Assembly (NCBI GenBank): GCA_963851265.1
Contig: CAWKNZ010000002.1
Coordinates: 896,001 to 960,000 of the forward strand
Reading direction: 5' to 3'
DNA length: 64,000 nucleotides
From: an uncultured Gemmatimonadales bacterium
GTDB taxonomy: Bacteria; Gemmatimonadota; Gemmatimonadetes; Gemmatimonadales; Gemmatimonadaceae
Within the stretch, counting starts at the first letter, position 1; each line of letters starts with the position of its first letter. The notes under the pieces were generated by a model. It ran no database searches and had not been told where the DNA came from. It was given only the letters and a program-made list of their open reading frames with translations. The translations under genes were made by a program, and so were the position numbers. This document shows, in pieces, positions 58,588 to 64,000 of this stretch.

Positions 58588-59819
58588 CCCCGGCGTCGGC
58601 GAATTGGCGAGCGCGCGCCGCGGACGCCGTGGCGGCCGACGCGAGCACCGGGAGCAAGCGCCCGGCCGCGCTCTACGGCGCGTCCGACGCGCCCGATGCG
58701 CCGCTGCACTACATCCGCGCCGAGGGCTGTCGCGTCGTCACCGCCGACGGCCGAACGCTGGTGGACTGCACGAGCGCGCTCGGCGCGGTCGCGCTCGGCT
58801 ACGCCGACCCCGACGTCACCCGCGCCGTGTGCGACGCGGCGCGCGCGGGCCCCGTGAGCGGGCTGACGTCGACGCTCGAACCCGCGCTCGCCGAGCGGCT
58901 CGCGGCGACCGTGCCGTGCGCCGAGCGCGCGCTCTTCCTCAAGAGCGGCGCCGAGGCGACCAGCGCGGCCGTGCGCGTCGCGCGCGCGGCCACGGGGCGC
59001 GACGTGGTGCTCGCGAGCGGCTACTTCGGTTGGCACGACTGGGCGAGCGACGCCGACACGCGCGGCGTCCCGGCGGCCGCGCGGGACGCGGTCGTGCGCC
59101 TAACGCGCGACGACGTCCCCGCGCTCGCGCGAGCGGTCGACGCGGTCGGCGCGTCGCGCGTCGCGGCGATTCTCGTTGAGCCCGTCGTCGAACGGTTCCC
59201 CGACACCGCGTGGCTGCACGCGCTGCGCGACACGGCGCGGCGCATCGGCGCGGTGCTGATATTCGACGAGGTCAAGACGGCGTTCCGCCTCGCGCCCGGC
59301 GGGTATCAGCAGCTCGCGGGCGTTTGGCCCGACCTCGCGGTGATCGGCAAGGCGCTCGCCAACGGCTACCCGCTCGCAGCCATCGTCGGACGGCGCGACG
59401 TGATGGACGCGGCGCGCCGCACGTGGATCTCGTCGACGCTCGCGAGCGAAGCCACCGCCCTCGCGGCCGCGCACGCCGTACTCGACCGGCACGCCGCGGC
59501 CGACGTGTGCGGCGCGGTCGCCGCGCGCGGATGCGCATTCCGCGCCGCGGCGTCGCGCGCCCTCGCAGACGTGGCCGCGTGTGAGGTCCTCGGCCTCGAC
59601 GCGATGTGGTTCGTGCGCTTCGGCCCATCGGCGCAGGCAACCGGCGGCGCGCGCGAGGGCGCGTTCCTGCGCGCGGCGCGCGACCGCGGCGTGCTGTTCA
59701 AGCGTGGCGCGTACCAATATGCGATGCTCGCGCACGACGCGGCGGCGCTCGCCGCCGTCGCCGCGTCAGCCGATGCCGGCGCCGCGGCCGTGCGCGCGCT
59801 CGACGAGGGCGGCGCGTGA
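58584..59819 (+). CDS. Class III PLP aminotransferase (GSA-aminomutase-like paralog)
   Basis: LGYAD, FLKSGAEATSAAVRVAR, GYFGWHDW, IFDEVKTAFR, GKALANGYPL, SSTLASE. Confidence 0.88.
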   Translation: MTPASANWRARAADAVAADASTGSKRPAALYGASDAPDAPLHYIRAEGCRVVTADGRTLVDCTSALGAVALGYADPDVTRAVCDAARAGPVSGLTSTLEPALAERLAATVPCAERALFLKSGAEATSAAVRVARAATGRDVVLASGYFGWHDWASDADTRGVPAAARDAVVRLTRDDVPALARAVDAVGASRVAAILVEPVVERFPDTAWLHALRDTARRIGAVLIFDEVKTAFRLAPGGYQQLAGVWPDLAVIGKALANGYPLAAIVGRRDVMDAARRTWISSTLASEATALAAAHAVLDRHAAADVCGAVAARGCAFRAAASRALADVAACEVLGLDAMWFVRFGPSAQATGGAREGAFLRAARDRGVLFKRGAYQYAMLAHDAAALAAVAASADAGAAAVRALDEGGA

Positions 59820-60745
59820 ACGCGACGGCCATGTCGGCGGCCGCGGCGGCCGCGGCCGGGCTAGCCGACGCGAGAGCCGACGCGAGAGCCGACGCGGCGG
59901 GCGCGGCACCGCTGGCCGGGCCGGCGCCGCTCATCGACGTGCACGCGCACTGGTACCACGCCCGCACCCCGCGCGGCGACTGGGCCGCGGTGAACGCCGC
60001 CCGGCTGCGCGCGGGCGAACGCATCGGCATCACCTGGCACGTCGCCTCGGTGCTCGGCACGTGGGGCCAGACGTCGCCCACGTACTTCGCCTCGCCGGCG
60101 GACGTCGCGCTTGGCAACGACGTCGCGTACGCCGTCGCCGACGCGTGCCCCGACCGTGTGCGCGCCTACGTGCACGTGAGCCCGAACGCGCCCGGGCAGG
60201 CGCTCGACGAAATCGCGAGGGGCGTCGACGCGGGCGCGATCGGTGTGAAGCTCGCGGCCGCCCGGCGCGCCGACGACCCGCTGCTCGACGCCATCGCGGC
60301 GCAGGCCGGCGCACGCGGGCTCCCGATCCTGCACCACGTTTGGCAGTGGCGGCGTCGCGACTGGCCATCCCAGGAAGCGAGCGACGGCGTCGAACTCGGG
60401 CGTCTCGCCGCGCGCCATCCGCGCACGCAGTTCATCCTCGCACACATCGGCGGCGGCGGCGAGTACCGGCACACCTTCCACGCCGTCGCCGACCTGCCCA
60501 ACGTGCATCTCGACCTTTCGGGCAGCGGCATCGACCGCGGTATGCTCGACGACGCGCTCGCCGCCGTCGGCGCGCGACGCCTGCTCTGGGCGTGCGACGT
60601 GACGATCTGCACCGGCCTCGCCAAGTTGCGTGCGCTCGAACACGTCGGCCTCGACGCGGACGGGCTCGCGGACGTGCGATGGCGTAACGCCGTGCGGCTG
60701 TTTCCGGCCGGGAGCTTCCCCGGTTTGCCGTCCGTGCCGGCATGA
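59816..60745 (+). CDS. Amidohydrolase_2 family metalloenzyme
   Basis: IDVHAH, GVKL, ILHH, ILAHIGGGG, DLSGS, LWACD. Confidence 0.85.
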   Translation: MNATAMSAAAAAAAGLADARADARADAAGAAPLAGPAPLIDVHAHWYHARTPRGDWAAVNAARLRAGERIGITWHVASVLGTWGQTSPTYFASPADVALGNDVAYAVADACPDRVRAYVHVSPNAPGQALDEIARGVDAGAIGVKLAAARRADDPLLDAIAAQAGARGLPILHHVWQWRRRDWPSQEASDGVELGRLAARHPRTQFILAHIGGGGEYRHTFHAVADLPNVHLDLSGSGIDRGMLDDALAAVGARRLLWACDVTICTGLAKLRALEHVGLDADGLADVRWRNAVRLFPAGSFPGLPSVPA

Positions 60746-61575
60746 TCGCCGCCGACACGGTCCCGTTGGACGTGAACGCGATGATCGGCGCCTATCCCTG
60801 GCGTCCGGTCCCGCACCCGGAGCCGGCGGTACTCGCCGGCGTCCTCGAGCGTGAGGGAATCGCGGCCGCGTGGGTCGGGCACTTGCCGTCGGCGTTCTGG
60901 CGCGATCCGGTGCCGGGCAATGCCGAGCTCTATGCGGCGCTCGAGCCGTTCCGCCAGCTCCACCCGGCGCCGACCATCCGTCCCGATTGGCCCGGGTGGG
61001 AACGCGCCCTCCGCGACGCCGTGGACCTCGGCGCGCCCGCGATCCGTGTCTATCCCACGCTCTGGGGCTTGGGAGCCGGCGACCACGCGCTCGCGTCGCT
61101 CGCGGAGGCGTGCGCGGAGGCGCGGCGCGCGGTGCTTCTCACGGTGCGGTTCGAGGACTCGCGCCAGCGCCACCCGCTCGACGTCGCCCCCGACCTCACC
61201 CCGGCGTACGTGCGGGCCCTCGCCCGCGCCACGCGGGCCTCGCTCGTCGTCGTGAACGCCGGGCGCGAATTCATCGAGGAGGTAGCCTGGGCGCTCACCG
61301 ACGCCGAGCGCGCGCGCGTGTGGTTCGACTTCTCGTGGGTGTGGGGGCCACCCGAGGACCACTTCGCCGCACTGCTGCGCTCGCTCGGCCCCCGGCGCTT
61401 CGTCTACGGCACGGGGTGGCCGCTGCGGCTCGCGCAGAACGCGCGCGCGAACCTCGACCTCCTCCCAGCGGACCTTCGCAGCGCGCTTCGGGATGGTGGG
61501 TTGGCCACGGCCGCCCACATGTTCGCGGTGGAACGACCGCACGGCGGCGTCGCGCCGGAACACCGCGGCGCGTAG
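60742..61575 (+). CDS. Amidohydrolase-fold protein lacking canonical metal ligands
   Basis: LDVNAMIG in place of DxHxH, IRVYP, FVYGTGWP; ATGA overlap with the preceding amidohydrolase. Confidence 0.75.
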   Translation: MIAADTVPLDVNAMIGAYPWRPVPHPEPAVLAGVLEREGIAAAWVGHLPSAFWRDPVPGNAELYAALEPFRQLHPAPTIRPDWPGWERALRDAVDLGAPAIRVYPTLWGLGAGDHALASLAEACAEARRAVLLTVRFEDSRQRHPLDVAPDLTPAYVRALARATRASLVVVNAGREFIEEVAWALTDAERARVWFDFSWVWGPPEDHFAALLRSLGPRRFVYGTGWPLRLAQNARANLDLLPADLRSALRDGGLATAAHMFAVERPHGGVAPEHRGA

Positions 61576-61623
61576 TGTGCGTTCGCCGCGTTGGAACTAT
61601 TCCCGACTCCGTAGTCTTGCGTC

Positions 61624-61642
61624 CGTTGCATCCCTTGCAACG
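61624..61642. promoter_or_regulatory. Palindromic operator candidate upstream of the ACIII operon
   Basis: CGTTGCA-TCCCT-TGCAACG, overlapping a TTGCAA -35-like hexamer. Confidence 0.35.
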
Positions 61643-61821
61643 CCTCTAGTCGGGGACCATCTTACGCCCGCCTCGCGGCCAGGCACGCACGCGCGTTCTC
61701 CTCGTTCGGTGACGACGGTGTCGTCCCGAGCATGTTCGTTTCGGGTGTCTCGTGGTCCACGCGCGCACTCGATCGGTGTCCTTACCGGACGCTTCTACAT
61801 CTCACGCCACAGGTCGCAGCG

Positions 61822-62460
61822 ATGACGATGAGACGAAAGTGGCAGGCCATCCCGGGCTTCCTCGCCCTGGCGGCCGCCGCCACCGTGGTCTCGGCGTACA
61901 GCGGCGCATCGTCGTCGCAGTACCGCTCTCCCGAACAGCCCATCCACTTCCCGCACCCGCGACATGCCGGCGCGGTGAACCTGAAAGACCCCAACCACAG
62001 CGGATTGGGGATGAACTGCTTGTATTGCCATTACGCGTCCAACAAGTCGCCCGACGCGGGCATGCCGGCGGTCGGTACGTGCATGGGCTGTCACACGGTC
62101 GTGCTCGGCAAGGCGGATAGCTCCAAGAAGCAGATTGCGAAGCTCACGGCGTATTGGAACCGCCGGCAGCCCGTCGCGTGGGTCCGCATTCACAAGGTGC
62201 CGGACTACGTGAACTTCCCGCACATGCGCCACGTCAACGCGGGCGTGACCTGCCAGACGTGCCACGGCAAGATCCAGGGCCAGTGGCAGGTGCAGCAGGC
62301 CGCCTCGCTCAACATGGGGTGGTGCATCAACTGTCACGTGAACGGCTACCGGCCGGGCGAGGGCGCTCGCCTCGCCGGCGCGCCCGACTCCGTGATCCAA
62401 GCCGCCGACAAGCTGCCGGTCCACAAGGCCCGGTACGACTGCTCGTCGTGTCACTACTGA
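61822..62460 (+). CDS. actA: Pentaheme cytochrome c, alternative complex III subunit A-like
   Basis: N-terminal anchor; QPIHFPHPRHAG; five CxxCH motifs (CLYCH, CMGCH, CQTCH, CINCH, CSSCH); LNMGWC. Confidence 0.88.
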   Translation: MTMRRKWQAIPGFLALAAAATVVSAYSGASSSQYRSPEQPIHFPHPRHAGAVNLKDPNHSGLGMNCLYCHYASNKSPDAGMPAVGTCMGCHTVVLGKADSSKKQIAKLTAYWNRRQPVAWVRIHKVPDYVNFPHMRHVNAGVTCQTCHGKIQGQWQVQQAASLNMGWCINCHVNGYRPGEGARLAGAPDSVIQAADKLPVHKARYDCSSCHY

Positions 62461-62471
62461 ACCGGCCCCGC

Positions 62472-64000
62472 ATGACCACCGAAGCTGGGACCGCGCGCAG
62501 CGCTGAAAGCGGCGTCAAGCGCCGCGACTTCCTCAAGATTGTCGGCGCCGGCACGGCCGCCACGGCCGCCGTCGGATGCACCTCCGAAAACGTCGGCCGC
62601 CTCCTGCCGTACGTCGCACAGCCCGACCAGACGGTCTCGGGCGTCACCAACTACTACGCCACGGTGTGCCGCGAGGGCGGCGGTGCCGCCGGCGTGTACG
62701 CCGCCGTTCGTGACGGCCGCGTCTACAAGCTCGAGGGGAACCCCTCGCATCCGGCCAACCGCGGTGCGATCTCCGCGCGCTCGCAGGCCGCGCTGCAGGG
62801 CGTGTACAATCCCGACCGGTACCGCGCGCCGTTGATCCGCCAGGAAGGCCAGCTCCGGCAGACCACCTGGGACCGCGCGCTCAGCGTGCTCGCGCAGCAG
62901 TTAGGCACGCTCCGCAGCCGCGGCCAGGCCGGCAACGCGGTGTTCATCAACCAGGCCGAGCTCGGGTCGTTCCCCGGCTTCCTCGATCAGTGGCTGGCAG
63001 CCTTCGGTATGCCGGCGCACCTGAGCTACGACGCGGAGGCGCCGCTCGCGGTGATGGCGGCCAACCGCGCGTCCTACGGCGGCGTGGCGTGGCCGCGCCT
63101 CGACTTCAACGCGTCGCGGCTCATCGTCTCGTTTTCGGCCGACTTCCTCGACCACTGGGGGAACGTCGTTCCGCAGCAGCTCGACTGGGCCGACGCGCGG
63201 GCGAAGCTCGAAGGCGCGCCACGCATGATCTACGTCGGCCCGCGCCGCTCGCTCACCGGACTCAACGCCGACGAGTGGATCCCCGCGCGCGCGGGCAGCG
63301 AGCTCGCGATCGTCGGCCTGCTCCGCGGCCAGCTCGGCGCCGCGGCCGCGGCGCAGCAGAGCGGTGTGTCGCAGGCCGTGCTCGAACGGCTCGCGCAGGA
63401 AGTCACGGCCGCGGGCAACGGCTTCGTCGGCCTCGCGGGCTCGACGGCGAGCAACGCGGGCGAGCTCGCGACCGCGGTCAATGCGCTCAACGCGAGTGCG
63501 GGTGCCGTCGGGCGCGCCGTCCGCCCCGACCAGGCGCATCCCGCGTACGCCCGCGTCGCGTCGCACGCCGAAGTGCGTGCCCTCGTCGACCGCATGAACG
63601 CGGGCCAGGTCCCGCTGGTCATGGTGCGCGGCGCCAACCCGGCGTACTCGACGCCCGCGCAGCTGCAGTTCGCGGCGGCGTTCAAGAAGGTGCCGTTCAA
63701 GGTCTCGTTCTCGAGCTACCCGGACGAGACGAGCGAGCTGGCCGATCTCGTGCTGCCCGACCACCACCCGCTCGAGGCGTGGGGTGACGCGGAGGCCGGG
63801 CCCGGCCAGGTCGCGATCCAGCAGCCCACGATGGACCCGGTGTTCGACACGCGTCAGACGGCGGATGCCCTGCTGGCGCTGGCGCACTCGGACCAGACGA
63901 CGGCCGCGCGGTTCCCGCAGGCGAGCTACCGCGCGTTCCTCATGAGCCGCTTCCCCGGCGGTGTCACGGGGTGGACGGCCGCGTCGCCGAAAGGCGTGGT
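62472..64000 (+). CDS. actB: Molybdopterin-oxidoreductase-fold ACIII subunit B-like protein (partial)
   Basis: Not in the ORF track; translated by hand: MTTEAG..KRRDFLKIVG (Tat) ..AVGC (lipobox-like), LLPYV, KLEGNPSHP, GVYNPDR, ADFL..W, DETSELAD..LPDHH.LEAWGD. Open to the window end. Confidence 0.85.
   Translation, partial: MTTEAGTARSAESGVKRRDFLKIVGAGTAATAAVGCTSENVGRLLPYVAQPDQTVSGVTNYYATVCREGGGAAGVYAAVRDGRVYKLEGNPSHPANRGAISARSQAALQGVYNPDRYRAPLIRQEGQLRQTTWDRALSVLAQQLGTLRSRGQAGNAVFINQAELGSFPGFLDQWLAAFGMPAHLSYDAEAPLAVMAANRASYGGVAWPRLDFNASRLIVSFSADFLDHWGNVVPQQLDWADARAKLEGAPRMIYVGPRRSLTGLNADEWIPARAGSELAIVGLLRGQLGAAAAAQQSGVSQAVLERLAQEVTAAGNGFVGLAGSTASNAGELATAVNALNASAGAVGRAVRPDQAHPAYARVASHAEVRALVDRMNAGQVPLVMVRGANPAYSTPAQLQFAAAFKKVPFKVSFSSYPDETSELADLVLPDHHPLEAWGDAEAGPGQVAIQQPTMDPVFDTRQTADALLALAHSDQTTAARFPQASYRAFLMSRFPGGVTGWTAASPKGV

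Noticed and set aside
58584..59819. Second true hemL
   Set aside because: Lacks GGVNSPVR, YHGH and QAGTLSGNP motifs; a proper hemL exists at 16390-17721.
971..62906. TTAGGC as nematode-type telomeric repeat or contamination
   Set aside because: Copies are single, dispersed and in-frame within bacterial genes, never tandem.
192..63887. Many long overlapping or antisense ORFs in the track (e.g. 1975-3939, 21689-24031, 32729-36229, 32856-36179)
   Set aside because: Arg/Ala/Pro-rich shadow frames expected at this GC content; the real genes with family motifs lie in other frames.
1..64000. tRNA, rRNA, IS, integrase, prophage or defence genes
   Set aside because: No such signatures recognised by eye; a covariance-model scan would be needed to exclude small RNAs.

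Overview
A 64 kb window of very GC-rich bacterial chromosome (roughly 73-75% GC by eye). Gene content and style suggest a Gemmatimonadota-like organism; this is inference. In order it contains: a partial imuA-imuB SOS-mutagenesis cassette with a clear sigma70 promoter carrying a direct-repeat operator; an Ig/InlB-repeat lipoprotein; an orphan GvpU-like gene; two PEP-CTERM proteins; a stand-alone alpha-oxoamine synthase downstream of a small ORF; an SDR and a MarR regulator; a large TPR/HD-GYP/GGDEF/AAA/TPR signalling protein; an 8-gene heme operon (hemY-A-E-H-C-D-B-L); M3 and S9 peptidases; a coupled ATP-grasp + luciferase-like monooxygenase pair; stress genes (AKR, SDR, ChaB); an ABC-2 exporter; speA; sod; dedA; an M15-type peptidase; a GH38/ABC/heparinase-II-III-like cluster; a coupled trmJ-like/aminotransferase/amidohydrolase-pair unit; and the start of an alternative complex III operon. 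I saw no rRNA, tRNA, CRISPR array or mobile element. The most striking unexplained signal is a dispersed non-palindromic 7-mer, GTTAGGC/GCCTAAC. I counted 23 copies by eye, many kept inside genes through AT-rich codons that are otherwise rare here.
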